From a bacterium (GTDB lineage: Bacteria > UBA6262 > WVXT01), in NCBI GenBank assembly GCA_046759165.1, contig JBHIBS010000012.1, positions 1 through 48,547 of the forward strand: a stretch of 48,547 nt of DNA. The letters run 5' to 3'. This document shows positions 9,630 through 20,234 of the stretch, piece by piece (within the stretch, counting starts at the first letter, position 1; each line of letters begins with the position of its first letter). The position numbers and the translations under genes are program-made. Below the pieces are notes generated by a model. That model searched no databases. It was given only the letters and a program-made list of their open reading frames with translations, and was not told the origin of the DNA.

Positions 9630-10964
9630 ATGTTAAAGGGCCTGACTGATATTTTCAAAATACCAGAATTGAAGAAGAAGATACTATTTACTCTGGGAAT
9701 TTTAGCAGTATACAGGGTGGGAGCAGCTATTCCTACTCCAGGAATCGATGCTTCAGCGTTGAAAGCTTTTTTTGAAACTCAAAGGGGAACTCTATTCGGC
9801 TTTTTAGATATGTTCTCCGGAGGGGCTCTCAACAGACTGTCTATTTTCTCTTTAGGTATTATGCCCTACATTAACGCCTCTATTATTATGTCTCTTTTAC
9901 AGACAGCCGTTCCCTATCTTGAGAGACTGTCAAAAGAGGGAGAATTCGGTAGAAGAAAGATCACTCAGATAACTCGTTACAGTACAGTGTTCATAGCCGC
10001 TATTCAAGCTTTCGGATTGACTTTCTGGATGCAATCGATGAAAGCGCCAAATGGGGCTGCTATTGTCAAGAATCCTGGCCTTAGTTTCCAAATGATAACT
10101 ATTTTGACTTTAATAACCGGGACTGTCTTTATTGTGTGGCTTGGAGAGCAGATTACGGAAAGGGGTGTGGGTAACGGGATCTCCCTTATTATCTTTGCCG
10201 GTATCGTAGACCGGTTGCCGGTAGCGGTGGGAAATGTCTTTCGTCTGTTCCGAATTGGAGAGATGCAACTCTATCACGTCGTACTTTTGGCAGCATTAGT
10301 ATTTGCTATCACTGCCAGCGTAGTCTGGGTGGAACAGGCTCAGAGAAAGATTAGAGTAGAGTATGCCAAAAGGATTATTGGACGCAAGATGTATGGAGGC
10401 CAGAGCACATTCCTTCCTCTCAAGGTAGACCAATCGGGAGTAATTGCGGTCATCTTTGCTGTGGCTATAATGATGTTCCCAGCAACCGTTGCTCAATTCT
10501 TTCCCAATGTAGGCTTTATGCAGAAAGTTGGTGGCTTCCTGCGACCTGGCCAGTGGGCTTATACAGTTATGTATGGTGGTTTGATTATATTCTTCTGTTA
10601 CTTCTATACGGCAATTACATTCAATCCCAATAATCTGGCTGAGAATATGAAGAAGTGGGGTGGTTTTATTCCGGGGATAAGGCCTGGACAACCGACAGCT
10701 TCCTATATTGACCGGGTATTGACCAGAATTACTCTGGCAGGCGCGTTATTTGTGGTCTGTATTGCGATTCTCCCAGAATATCCTATAAGCTGGGTTAATG
10801 CTCCTCGCAGTCTTGCCTATATCTTCGGAGGAACCGCAATATTGATTGTGGTCGGTGTTGGTTTAGACACTATAGGACAGATAGAATCTCATCTGATTAT
10901 GCGTCATTATGAAGGATTTATGAAGAAGGGAAGAATAAAAGGAAGATACTTTAACATTAGGTAA
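9630..10964 (+). CDS. secY: Preprotein translocase subunit SecY
   Basis: SIFSLGIMPYINASII, GNGISLIIFAGI, FIPGIRPG; ATG 9630 after AGGAG. Confidence 0.99.
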   Translation: MLKGLTDIFKIPELKKKILFTLGILAVYRVGAAIPTPGIDASALKAFFETQRGTLFGFLDMFSGGALNRLSIFSLGIMPYINASIIMSLLQTAVPYLERLSKEGEFGRRKITQITRYSTVFIAAIQAFGLTFWMQSMKAPNGAAIVKNPGLSFQMITILTLITGTVFIVWLGEQITERGVGNGISLIIFAGIVDRLPVAVGNVFRLFRIGEMQLYHVVLLAALVFAITASVVWVEQAQRKIRVEYAKRIIGRKMYGGQSTFLPLKVDQSGVIAVIFAVAIMMFPATVAQFFPNVGFMQKVGGFLRPGQWAYTVMYGGLIIFFCYFYTAITFNPNNLAENMKKWGGFIPGIRPGQPTASYIDRVLTRITLAGALFVVCIAILPEYPISWVNAPRSLAYIFGGTAILIVVGVGLDTIGQIESHLIMRHYEGFMKKGRIKGRYFNIR

Positions 10965-11054
10965 AGCCCGTTAGAAATCAAAGATTTCTAAACTGCATAA
11001 ACCTCGTTATAAACTTTGCTTTACAACCTTTGAATAGGATGTTTCTAACGGGGT
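10965..11054. repeat. Palindromic repeat (TTAGAAA/TTTCTAA family), long copy 2
   Basis: CCCGTTAGAAATC-AAA-GATTTCTAA, then ~50 nt, then TTTCTAACGGGGT. Confidence 0.75.
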
Positions 11055-11087
11055 AAAGTTCAAATGCGTAATTGAGATTTTTCGGTT

Positions 11088-11738
11088 ATGAGATTGGTTC
11101 TTTTAGGTGCTCCTGGGAGTGGTAAGGGCACCCAGGCGAAGAGGCTTGCAGAAAAATATGGTCTTCCTCATGTTTCAACTGGAGACATCCTGCGAGTGGG
11201 TTTTGGAGAAGGGGCTTACATAGATAGAGAAACTCGAGAGGTTGTCCGCTCAGGTGGGCTGGTTCCTGACAGGATCGCTGTGGAAATCGTAAAGAAGAGA
11301 TTGGAAGAAGAGGATTGTCGAAAAGGATTCATTTTGGACGGTTTCCCCAGGACACTTGCGCAGGCGGAATCGTTAAATGGTTTTTTCAAAGAGAGCAATA
11401 GGGCGATCGATCGCGTTATTTACTTGGAGCTAAGTGAGCAGGAGGCAGTTAAACGATTGAGTGGCAGGAGGATTTGTCCTCGGTGTGGAGCCACTTTCCA
11501 TTTGGTCTTTAATCCACCACGTATTCCCGATTTATGTGACCAATGTAGGGCCAGATTGTCCCAGCGCGAAGATGATAGTGAACTCACGGTAAGAGAGAGG
11601 ATGAAGACTTATCAGAAGGAGACATACCCTCTTATTGAATATTATCAAAGTCGTGGTCTCTTAGCGAAAATTGATGTCAATAGGGGCATAGAAGAAGTTT
11701 TCGAAGACTTATGTAAAGTGCTGGATGGTGGCAGTTGA
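11088..11738 (+). CDS. adk: Adenylate kinase with Zn-type LID
   Basis: GAPGSGKGTQ, GFILDGFPRT, CPRC...CDQC. Confidence 0.97.
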   Translation: MRLVLLGAPGSGKGTQAKRLAEKYGLPHVSTGDILRVGFGEGAYIDRETREVVRSGGLVPDRIAVEIVKKRLEEEDCRKGFILDGFPRTLAQAESLNGFFKESNRAIDRVIYLELSEQEAVKRLSGRRICPRCGATFHLVFNPPRIPDLCDQCRARLSQREDDSELTVRERMKTYQKETYPLIEYYQSRGLLAKIDVNRGIEEVFEDLCKVLDGGS

Positions 11739-11764
11739 AGGCGAAAAGGTTCGGTTAACTGTAT

Positions 11765-12514
11765 ATGATTATATTGAAGTCGGCCAAAGAAATAGAAAAA
11801 ATGGCAAGAGGTGGCCAAATTACTGCCCAGGTCTGTCAGAAATTAACAGAAAGGGTAAAGCCCGGAGTAACTACAAAGGAGTTGGACAGAATTGCTTCCA
11901 CGTTAATAAGAATGTATAGAGCCGTTCCAGCATTTCTGGGATTTCGAGGGTTTCCAGCCTCCATCTGTACTTCGGTTAATGACCAGGTGGTTCATGGGAT
12001 TCCTGGAAGCTACAGGTTGCATGAGGGAGATATTATCAGCATCGACTTCGGAGTTCTTTACCTTGGTTACTATACTGACATGGCCGTAACTCTACCTGTG
12101 GGAAATATATCCGGAGATGCCCAAAGGTTGATACGGGTTACTAAAAGTGCTTTAACTTCTGGAATTACTCAAATGGTCCCGGGTAGAAGACTCTACGATA
12201 TATCTGCAGTAATTCAAGAATGTGCCGAAATTAACGGGTTCTCTGTGGTCAGGGACTTAGTAGGCCACGGAATTGGACAGAAAATGCATGAGGAACCCCA
12301 AATTCCCAATTTTGGGAAGAGGTCTACCGGTCCCTACTTGAAGGCAGGAATGGTCTTTGCGCTTGAGCCTATGGTTAATATGGAAGGATATGGGGTAAAA
12401 ACCCTTGAGGACCACTGGACAGTTGTTACTGCTGATGGGAGTTTATCTTGCCATTTTGAACATACTGTTGCAATTGCAGATAACGGCCCTGAGATACTTA
12501 CGGAACTGCATTAG
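11765..12514 (+). CDS. map: Methionine aminopeptidase type I
   Basis: SVNDQVVHGIP, GHGIGQKMHEEP, HFEHTVAI. Confidence 0.98.
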   Translation: MIILKSAKEIEKMARGGQITAQVCQKLTERVKPGVTTKELDRIASTLIRMYRAVPAFLGFRGFPASICTSVNDQVVHGIPGSYRLHEGDIISIDFGVLYLGYYTDMAVTLPVGNISGDAQRLIRVTKSALTSGITQMVPGRRLYDISAVIQECAEINGFSVVRDLVGHGIGQKMHEEPQIPNFGKRSTGPYLKAGMVFALEPMVNMEGYGVKTLEDHWTVVTADGSLSCHFEHTVAIADNGPEILTELH

Positions 12515-12532
12515 TTATTTTTGGGAGGGGCT

Positions 12533-12751
12533 ATGCCTAAGGAAGAAAAGATTGAAGTAGAAGGGACAGTCATCGAAGCTTTACCTAATGCTATGTTCAG
12601 AGTTGAACTGGAGAATGGTCACCGAATTTTAGCTCACATTTCCGGCAAGATGAGGATGCACTTCATTAAGATACTGGCTGGGGATAAGGTTAAGGTAGAA
12701 CTTTCTCCGTACGACTTAACTAGAGGAAGGATAGTTTATCGCCGTAAATAG
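12533..12751 (+). CDS. infA: Translation initiation factor IF-1
   Basis: [16 protein letters not shown]...[10 protein letters not shown]; start at ATG 12533. Confidence 0.99.
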   Translation: MPKEEKIEVEGTVIEALPNAMFRVELENGHRILAHISGKMRMHFIKILAGDKVKVELSPYDLTRGRIVYRRK

Positions 12752-12760
12752 AGGTTCTCA

Positions 12761-12874
12761 ATGAAGGTAAGGGCGTCCATTAAACCGATATGTAAGAAAT
12801 GTAAAATAATTAAGAGAAAAGGAGTAGTAAGGATAATCTGCACCAACCCAAGACATAAACAGAGGCAAGGATGA
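12761..12874 (+). CDS. rpmJ: 50S ribosomal protein L36 (not in ORF track)
   Basis: Translates to [37 protein letters not shown]. Confidence 0.98.
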   Translation: MKVRASIKPICKKCKIIKRKGVVRIICTNPRHKQRQG

Positions 12875-12892
12875 GGGGGAAAGGAGTAGCCT

Positions 12893-13282
12893 ATGGCTCG
12901 TATAGCAGGAATTGAATTGCCTTCGCAGAAGAGAGTCGAAATTGGTTTAACTTACATTTATGGAATTGGGAAGAGTTCGTCCAATGAGATTCTCTATGAG
13001 GCAGGAGTCAACCCTGATACCAGAGTAAAGGAACTGACCGAAAGTGAAATTAACACCATACAGACAATAATCCAGAGGAATTTCAGAGTAGAAGGGGAGC
13101 TTCGGCGAATTGTTCAGGGGAACATTAAGAGATTGATTGATATCGGGTCCTATCGAGGTCTTCGCCACCGTCGTGGATTGCCAGCGCGGGGTCAAAGGAC
13201 AAGGACTAATGCTCGTACCAAGCGGGGCAGAAGGAAGACAGTTGGTACTGTCAAAAAAGAGGCGAGGGAGGAGAAAGGATAA
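12893..13282 (+). CDS. rpsM: 30S ribosomal protein S13
   Basis: [29 protein letters not shown]. Confidence 0.99.
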   Translation: MARIAGIELPSQKRVEIGLTYIYGIGKSSSNEILYEAGVNPDTRVKELTESEINTIQTIIQRNFRVEGELRRIVQGNIKRLIDIGSYRGLRHRRGLPARGQRTRTNARTKRGRRKTVGTVKKEAREEKG

Positions 13283-13285
13283 GAT

Positions 13286-13693
13286 ATGGCTGAGAAAAGA
13301 GCTACTCCACCCCAAAAGGTTTATCATAGGGAGAAATTGGGAAAGAATGTCCTTGAAGGCAGGGCATATATTCAGGCTACCTTTAATAATACCTTAATTA
13401 CCATAACTGATAAAAGCGGAAACGCTATTGCACAGGGTTCAGCTGGAGTCTCAGGCTTTAAGGGAGCCCGTAAGGGAACTCCCTTCGCTGCCCAATTGGC
13501 GGCCACAGCTACTGCCAGAAAGGCAATTGAGCAGGGTATGAAGCAGGTTGCTGTCTTCGTGAAGGGACCCGGGTCGGGGAGAGAAACAGCTATCCGCTCC
13601 CTACAATCCGCAGGATTGGAAATTACCAGCATTAAAGACGTAACGCCAATTCCCCATGACGGTTGCCGCCCACCAAAACAGAGAAGAGTGTAA
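13286..13693 (+). CDS. rpsK: 30S ribosomal protein S11
   Basis: [26 protein letters not shown]. Confidence 0.99.
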   Translation: MAEKRATPPQKVYHREKLGKNVLEGRAYIQATFNNTLITITDKSGNAIAQGSAGVSGFKGARKGTPFAAQLAATATARKAIEQGMKQVAVFVKGPGSGRETAIRSLQSAGLEITSIKDVTPIPHDGCRPPKQRRV

Positions 13694-13711
13694 AGCATAA
13701 TTATATAGCCT

Positions 13712-13796
13712 GTGGCAAAAGTCGGTCCAGGCTAATGGCTATACAGATTTCGAAAACCTGCCTGGTGCAGGCAGGGATCACGTAGATTTTTGCCAC
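13712..13796. repeat. Composite palindromic insertion with a nested REP-like hairpin
   Basis: GTGGCAAAA (13712-20)/TTTTGCCAC (13788-96); inner CCTGCCTG-GTG-CAGGCAGG (13757-75). Confidence 0.65.
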
Positions 13797-13885
13797 GAGT
13801 ATTTAATCTGTGGAATATAAATCTTAATCGCTGTAATCAAGGGCGAAGTTTTGCGAACCCCTATAATTATCCGAAGGAGGTTATA

Positions 13886-14512
13886 GTGGCCAGATATCGA
13901 GGTCCAGTATGTAAATTGTGTCGCCGGGAAAATGTAAAATTGTTCTTGAAGGGAGAGAGATGTCTTACTCCTAAGTGTGCAATTGAGAGGCAGGGTTCTG
14001 CTTCAGGGGGACGTAGAGAGAGGGCCCAGAGATTATCCAAGTATGGGATGCAACTAAGAGAGAAACAGAAGGCCCGGCGAATCTCGGGAATTCTGGAAAA
14101 ACAGTTTCGTAAATATTTTAAAATAGCAAGGCACAGGAAAGGGTTACCAGGTGAAGATCTTCTGAGGCTATTGGAATGTAGGCTTGACAATATCGTTTTT
14201 CGTCTCGGATTTGCTTCCTCTAGAAATCAGGCCCGTCAGTTAATCCGGCACCGACATATAAGAGTGAATGGGCGGTGTGTCAATATACCATCTTATCAGG
14301 TGAGGGTTGGTGACAGAATCTCTTTGGGTGAGAAGAGTAAAAACCTGGAAATTGTCAAGGTTGCGCAGGAAAAGGCTAAGGAGCGGGGCATTCCAGCTTG
14401 GATAGAATTCGACCAGTCGACCAATACCGGGACAATATTAGAGCTTCCTAAAAGGGAAGAGATTTCTATTCCAGTTCAAGAACAGATAATTGTGGAATTA
14501 TATTCCAAGTAA
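13886..14512 (+). CDS. rpsD: 30S ribosomal protein S4
   Basis: [37 protein letters not shown] 13886 after AAGGAGG. Confidence 0.98.
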   Translation: MARYRGPVCKLCRRENVKLFLKGERCLTPKCAIERQGSASGGRRERAQRLSKYGMQLREKQKARRISGILEKQFRKYFKIARHRKGLPGEDLLRLLECRLDNIVFRLGFASSRNQARQLIRHRHIRVNGRCVNIPSYQVRVGDRISLGEKSKNLEIVKVAQEKAKERGIPAWIEFDQSTNTGTILELPKREEISIPVQEQIIVELYSK

Positions 14513-14609
14513 AATTATGATTTATGAGTTATGAAGGAAAGCCCAGTGCAAATTTTTTTTGAATTTTAATTTATTGTAATTTGCAGATCATAATTCATAA
14601 ATCATAATT
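14513..14609. repeat. Long AT-rich hairpin built from 7-nt repeats
   Basis: AATTATGATTTATGAGTTATGA (14513-34)/TCATAATTCATAAATCATAATT (14588-609), one G-U; inner TGCAAATT/AATTTGCA. Confidence 0.75.
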
Positions 14610-14624
14610 CTTGAGGGGGGTAAT

Positions 14625-15632
14625 ATGAGGCTTAAAGATTTCGAGTTGCCAAAAAGACTTATCTGTGATGAAGAGACCAGCAGTGATAGTTATAGCAAGT
14701 TTACTGCTGAGCCGTTCGAAAGGGGGTACGGGCATACGATTGGGAATTCGCTACGCAGGATCCTGCTTTCGTCGTTGGAAGGTGCAGCAGTTACTGCGGT
14801 GAAAATTAAGGGAGCGATGCATGAGTTTTCCACGATCCCAGGAGTTGTTGAAGATGTTACTCAGATAATCTTAAATTTGAAGTCTCTCAGGTTCAAACTT
14901 TACAGTGAAGGGCCAGAAAGGATATATTTAAATGCAACAAAAAAAGGAGAAGTAATGGCAAAAGACATTAAGTTGAACAGTAACATCGAGGTGTTAAACT
15001 CAGCTGCCCATATAGCCACTCTCGACAGAGATACCAACCTGGAGATGGAAATAGAAGTTTCTAAGGGTCGCGGATACTTGCCTGCTGAGCAGAACCCCCA
15101 CGCTGGTCAACAGCCGGGGATGATATCTGTTGATGCAATTTTTACTCCGGTCTTAAAAGTAAACTATAATGTTGAAAATGCGCGAGTGGGACGATCGATA
15201 GATTACGATAGATTGATTCTGGAAATATGGACTGATGGCAGCGTAAGGCCGGTTGATGCTTTAGCTTATGCAGGCAAAATTTTGAAAGATTCGCTGAATA
15301 TATTTATCAATTTTGAGGAGCAACCCGAGGAGGAAGAGAAACCGCCGGAGAAAGAGAAGTCTGAGGAAGTCTTGGAGAGCGTTTTAGCTCTTCCGGTGAA
15401 TATCATAGAGCTAACCGTCCGTTCTATAAATTGCTTAAATCGTGCTAAAATTAAGACTATCAGAGATCTGGTAAAACAAACTGAGGATAAATTACTATCC
15501 TTTCGAAACTTCGGTAAGAAGTCCTTAAATGAAATAAAGAAAAAGATTGCCGAATTGGGCAAACAGAAGAGGGTGGATCTATCCTTGGGAATGGTTCTCC
15601 CTGAAAAGTTTAAAGAGAAACAGAAGAAGTAA
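14625..15632 (+). CDS. rpoA: RNA polymerase alpha subunit
   Basis: EPFERGYGHTIGNSLRRILLSS, NFGKKSLNEI. Confidence 0.99.
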   Translation: MRLKDFELPKRLICDEETSSDSYSKFTAEPFERGYGHTIGNSLRRILLSSLEGAAVTAVKIKGAMHEFSTIPGVVEDVTQIILNLKSLRFKLYSEGPERIYLNATKKGEVMAKDIKLNSNIEVLNSAAHIATLDRDTNLEMEIEVSKGRGYLPAEQNPHAGQQPGMISVDAIFTPVLKVNYNVENARVGRSIDYDRLILEIWTDGSVRPVDALAYAGKILKDSLNIFINFEEQPEEEEKPPEKEKSEEVLESVLALPVNIIELTVRSINCLNRAKIKTIRDLVKQTEDKLLSFRNFGKKSLNEIKKKIAELGKQKRVDLSLGMVLPEKFKEKQKK

Positions 15633-15644
15633 AGGAATCCACAC

Positions 15645-16016
15645 ATGCGTGAGGGAAGAGCCGGAAGAAAGTTGGGTCGCACTACAAGCGAGCGTAAAGC
15701 ATTGTTGGTTAATCTTGCCACAGCATTATTCAGGCATGAAGAGATTATAACCACAGAAGCAAAAGCCAAAGAACTAAGAAGGTTCGCTGAGAAGGTGATT
15801 ACTAGGGCAAAAAGGGGAGGCTTAAATAGCTTTCGAGAAGTAAAGAGGGAAATTAGAGATAAAGAGATAATAAAGAAAATATTTGAGACATTAGTACCGA
15901 GATTTAAGGAGAGGAAAGGGGGCTATACGAAAATTGTTAAATTGGGTTATCGACAAGGGGATAGGGTAAGGGTAGATTTGGTTAAGCTTTGCGGCCCTTT
16001 GGAGAAGTCGGAATAG
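15645..16016 (+). CDS. rplQ: 50S ribosomal protein L17
   Basis: [23 protein letters not shown]. Confidence 0.98.
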   Translation: MREGRAGRKLGRTTSERKALLVNLATALFRHEEIITTEAKAKELRRFAEKVITRAKRGGLNSFREVKREIRDKEIIKKIFETLVPRFKERKGGYTKIVKLGYRQGDRVRVDLVKLCGPLEKSE

Positions 16017-16026
16017 AGGAGAAAGG

Positions 16027-17043
16027 ATGTTTAATTTCCTTTTAGGGTTATTTTCCAATGATGTGGGTATAGATCTTGGGACATCTACTACGCTTGTATA
16101 TGTGAAAGGGCAAGGTATTGTGCTCTGGGAACCTTCGGTAGTGGCATTCAGTCAAGATAATGGAGAGATTTTAGCGGTGGGTACCGAAGCCAAGAGGATG
16201 TTGGGGAAAACGCCTGCCAATATAACCGCTCTTCGTCCGATGAGGGATGGAGTTATTGCCGACTTTGAAGTAACACAGAAAATGATTCGACATTTCATAA
16301 AGAAGGTGCATAACCGACGGAGCTTACTCCATCCGCGGGTGGTGATTGGAGTTCCCTCCTGTATTACTGAGGTGGAAAAGCGCGCTGTTAGGGATGCTGC
16401 TGAACAGGCGGGAGCACGGGAGATACACTTGATCGATGAACCAATGGCTGCAGCTATCGGTGCTGAAGTTCCGGTTCAAGACCCAGCTGGGAATATGATA
16501 GTGGATGTTGGAGGGGGCACGACTGAAGTGGCGGTTATTTCCTTAGGGGCCATGGTGCTTTCCAGGTCAGTTCGAGTAGCTGGTAATGAAATGGATGAAG
16601 CCATTATAAGCTATTTTAAAAAGGAAAGGAATCTATTAATTGGAGAGAGGACAGCTGAAGAAACAAAGATCAGAATTACTTCTGCTCTGCCGCAGAAGGA
16701 AGAGAAGACAATTGAAGTTAAAGGTCGCGATCTTGCTAGTGGCTTGCCAAAAACTGCCAAGGTTTCTTCTCGAGAGATAAGCGAGGCAATGAAAGGCCCA
16801 ATCAAGACAATTGTCACTCTGATCAAGGACACCTTAGAGGATACTCCTGCCGAGTTGTCTGCTGACCTTGTTGACCGGGGGATTATTATGGTGGGGGGCG
16901 GAGCTTTGCTCTCCGGGCTCCCTGAACTAGTAAGCAAAGAGACTGAACTTCCGGTCAATCTCGCCCCTGACCCACTAACCTGCGTAGTCTTGGGAGCTGG
17001 CACCTATCTGGAGGAACTGGAAAAATTAAAGCAAAGAAGATAA
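16027..17043 (+). CDS. mreB: Rod shape-determining protein MreB
   Basis: [32 protein letters not shown]. Confidence 0.98.
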   Translation: MFNFLLGLFSNDVGIDLGTSTTLVYVKGQGIVLWEPSVVAFSQDNGEILAVGTEAKRMLGKTPANITALRPMRDGVIADFEVTQKMIRHFIKKVHNRRSLLHPRVVIGVPSCITEVEKRAVRDAAEQAGAREIHLIDEPMAAAIGAEVPVQDPAGNMIVDVGGGTTEVAVISLGAMVLSRSVRVAGNEMDEAIISYFKKERNLLIGERTAEETKIRITSALPQKEEKTIEVKGRDLASGLPKTAKVSSREISEAMKGPIKTIVTLIKDTLEDTPAELSADLVDRGIIMVGGGALLSGLPELVSKETELPVNLAPDPLTCVVLGAGTYLEELEKLKQRR

Positions 17044-17077
17044 GAAACACAAGATTTATCTTACAATGGTGATTTAG

Positions 17078-17911
17078 GTGTTACTCAGCAAGAAACATAA
17101 ACTGCTCAGGCTATTAATAGTTTATGTCTCAATTTCACTTCTCCTTTTGATCTCTAGAACGGGTCGGATAGTTGAAGTGGGTAGAGCCCTTTTCTTATAT
17201 TTATTGGCTCCCAATCCCAGGATAGTAAGTAAGTTATTAAATGAGACTGGTCGAATTGGGGAGAGCGTATCTCGGCTCGTTTCTGCCCGTGAAGAGAATA
17301 AGACCCTCAGGGAGAGATTAAATTTTCTTCTCCGGGAGAGGGAGAAGCTCCAAGAGACCATTTCAGAGAATAAGAGATTAAAGAGAATCCTCAATTACCA
17401 ACAAGAAGCTCCTTACAAACTGGTTTCAGCCAGAGTGATAGGATGGACTCCTTCCTTATTGCCTTCTGCTTTGCTCATCGATAGGGGAATAAATCATGGA
17501 ATTGAAAAAGATGCCCCTGTGGTTGCTTGGCAGGAGGCTGGGAATCCATCGGATAATGGAATGGCGGTAGTGGGCAGGATTAGTGAGTCTGGCCCTGATA
17601 TGAGTAAGGTTTTGTTAATAACTGATTCAAACAGCGAGTTGGCGGCTATGGTTCAGAGGAGCCGAGAGAAAGGAGTGATTGCCGGGATAGGGAATAGGTT
17701 CCTTTTGCTAAAATATCTATCTCCCACTGCGGACCTGAAAGTTGGTGACCTAATTATAACTTCCGGGATGGGAAGAATATTTCCGGCTGGACTGGCTATT
17801 GGCTCGGTTGAGGAAGTTTTAACCGGGGTGGGAGGATTAGAGAAGAGGGCTAGGGTGGTTCCCAGGTTAAATATAAATCAGTTAGAGGATATCCAGATAA
17901 TTAGAAGATAA
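17078..17911 (+). CDS. mreC: Rod shape-determining protein MreC
   Basis: N-terminal TM, coiled coil ENKRLKRIL, TSGMGRIFPAGL; follows mreB. Confidence 0.95.
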   Translation: MLLSKKHKLLRLLIVYVSISLLLLISRTGRIVEVGRALFLYLLAPNPRIVSKLLNETGRIGESVSRLVSAREENKTLRERLNFLLREREKLQETISENKRLKRILNYQQEAPYKLVSARVIGWTPSLLPSALLIDRGINHGIEKDAPVVAWQEAGNPSDNGMAVVGRISESGPDMSKVLLITDSNSELAAMVQRSREKGVIAGIGNRFLLLKYLSPTADLKVGDLIITSGMGRIFPAGLAIGSVEEVLTGVGGLEKRARVVPRLNINQLEDIQIIRR

Positions 17912-17930
17912 TCTATAAAGGGTTGGTAGA

Positions 17931-18448
17931 ATGAAAAGATATATCTTCTTTTTAATATCCCTCCTTCTATTTGTAACAATTCAGATTGTCCTTCTCCCTC
18001 GCTTGGCCATAAGAGATGTGACTCCCGACCTGATATTAATAGGAGTTGTCTACTTGTCGCTGAAGCATGGTCCTGCATTGGGGATCCCGATCGGTTTTTT
18101 TTTGGGCTCCTCCAGGACCTTTTTGCTTTTGGGCTTTTCGGGGCTAACTGTTTAATCAAGACCCTGATTGGCTTCTCTGTGGGAACATTCCAAAAAAGAC
18201 TGGTTAGAGGGAATCCAATGGGCCAGATCTTTTTGGTATTTTTTGCCTGCCTTTTTCAGTATTGGAGTATGTATTGGTTAAAAATTTTCTTTGGTGAACC
18301 CCGACCTCAGGTACTGTTTTTTGTAGCAATTTTTTATCCCGTTTATAATAGTCTCCTGGCTCCTTTATTGTTTTGGATAATAGAACAATGGGAAAAGTTG
18401 TGGGGGAGAAGAGTTTATGAACCAAAGCGCAATCGATCAACAATTTGA
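17931..18448 (+). pseudogene. mreD: Rod shape-determining protein MreD, frameshifted at a T9 run (true lesion, slippage site or sequencing error)
   Basis: Two ORF halves; one extra T in 18095-18103 gives GFFFGLLQDLFAFGLFGANCLIKTLIG and a continuous 172-aa protein. Confidence 0.85.
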
Positions 18449-20228
18449 GGCGAGACTTCAGAGATCTCTGGTGTGGTTTAGATATTTTATAATCGCCACC
18501 CTTTCGATTCTTTTCATAAGGATATTCAGCCTTCAAATAGTCAAGAAAGGGGAACTTTACAAGCTTTCAGAAGCCAACCGCATCCAGCTTTTTTTCGACC
18601 CTGCTCCCCGGGGAATTATCTACGACCGGAACGGGAAAGTTATTGTGGAGAATATAGGTTCGTTTTCAGTTCTCTTCTCGCCCACCAATTTGACTTGGGG
18701 GGAAACGGAAGAGATACTAAAGAAATTAAGCGAGATTCTAAATCTTAACTACGATTCGATGTTAGCAAAGGTGCGCTCTTCGATTCGCCAACCATTGAGT
18801 AGTATCCTTCTGGCTGAGAATGTTCCCCGCCCAAAGGTCTTCTGCCTGGCAGAGGAGAAAGTTAACCTTCCTGGTGTAAATATTGAGGTGGAACCTAAGC
18901 GCCATTATCTACACAGAAATTTCGCCAGCCATCTTTTTGGTCATCTGGGAGAGATTGGACCAAAGGAGCTACTGGCTCTATCTGGAGCTGGATACAAGTT
19001 AGGGGATATTATCGGGAAATCTGGCATAGAGAAGATTTACGATAATTTTTTGCGAGGCATGAGTGGTGGTCGACAAATAGAGATAGATGCTAACGGTCGC
19101 CACCTTCGAATAATTAACAACGTTTTGCCTGAGGAAGGCGATAGTTTAATTCTGACTTTGGATGAGAGAATCCAGAAGCTCTGTGAGGATTCCCTGGAGG
19201 GCAAAGCAGGTGCAATCTGTGCAATTAACCCTGCCAATGGTGAGGTCTTAGCCCTGGTGAGTAAACCCGATTTCGACCCCAATCTGTTTACCGAACGTCT
19301 CAGCCCATCTCGTAGTCGGCAGTTATTTACAGACCCAGGACTTCCCATGTTCAATAGGGTAATTCAAAGTCATTATGCTCCTGGCTCTCTATTTAAAATT
19401 GTTACAGCCATAGCTGCTCTGGAGGAGAAAGTCATCACTCCAGATGAGACTATGGACTGCCGAGGGAGCTTGAGAATCGGAGATAGAGAGTTCAAGGGTT
19501 GGAAAGAAGGAGGGCATGGGCGTCTGAACATTGTTCAGGCGATTGCTCAATCTTGTGATATATTTTTCTATCAGCTCGGTTTAAGAGTGGGTGCGGACAA
19601 GCTAGCAAAATATGCTCGGATGCTGGGATTGGGGAAAAAGATTGGCATTTCCCTTCCCTCAGAGGCAAGGGGTCTCATCCCGGATTCCACTTGGAAAAAG
19701 CTACATTTTGGTGAACAGTGGTATCATGGTGATACAGCTAATATGAGCATTGGTCAGGGTTATCTGGAAGTCACTCCTCTACAAATGGCAAGTTTAATCA
19801 GCCTGTTAGCTAATGGAGGTGTGATTTATAAACCTCTTATTGTTAAAAAAATAATCGATGGGTCGGGGAAGATAATTGACACTTTTCAGCCCAAAGTGGT
19901 TGCAAAGGCGAGAATTTCTTCCGAGACGCTCTCCATCATAAGAAAGGGACTCAGAGAAGCTGTTATCTCTGGCACTTCTCAGGCAGTAAAGTTTAAAAGA
20001 TTGAGTGTGGCTGGCAAGACGGGAACTGCTGAGAATCCCCATGGGGAAGATCATGCCTGGTTTATCTGCTATGCGCCAGAAGAGGCTCCGAGAATTGCTT
20101 TAGCGATCCTGGTCGAACATGGGGGGCATGGAGCCAGTGCGGCTGCACCTCTGGCCAGACAGATATTGAATGGAGTATTTACTCTTGAAGGAGAGAAAGA
20201 GCCAGAGATTTTTGTCTATAAGGACTAA
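18417..20228 (+). CDS. mrdA: Penicillin-binding protein 2
   Basis: APRGIIYDRNG, SxxK (SLFK), SCD, KTGT. Confidence 0.97.
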   Translation: MNQSAIDQQFEARLQRSLVWFRYFIIATLSILFIRIFSLQIVKKGELYKLSEANRIQLFFDPAPRGIIYDRNGKVIVENIGSFSVLFSPTNLTWGETEEILKKLSEILNLNYDSMLAKVRSSIRQPLSSILLAENVPRPKVFCLAEEKVNLPGVNIEVEPKRHYLHRNFASHLFGHLGEIGPKELLALSGAGYKLGDIIGKSGIEKIYDNFLRGMSGGRQIEIDANGRHLRIINNVLPEEGDSLILTLDERIQKLCEDSLEGKAGAICAINPANGEVLALVSKPDFDPNLFTERLSPSRSRQLFTDPGLPMFNRVIQSHYAPGSLFKIVTAIAALEEKVITPDETMDCRGSLRIGDREFKGWKEGGHGRLNIVQAIAQSCDIFFYQLGLRVGADKLAKYARMLGLGKKIGISLPSEARGLIPDSTWKKLHFGEQWYHGDTANMSIGQGYLEVTPLQMASLISLLANGGVIYKPLIVKKIIDGSGKIIDTFQPKVVAKARISSETLSIIRKGLREAVISGTSQAVKFKRLSVAGKTGTAENPHGEDHAWFICYAPEEAPRIALAILVEHGGHGASAAAPLARQILNGVFTLEGEKEPEIFVYKD

Positions 20229-20234
20229 AGGTAT

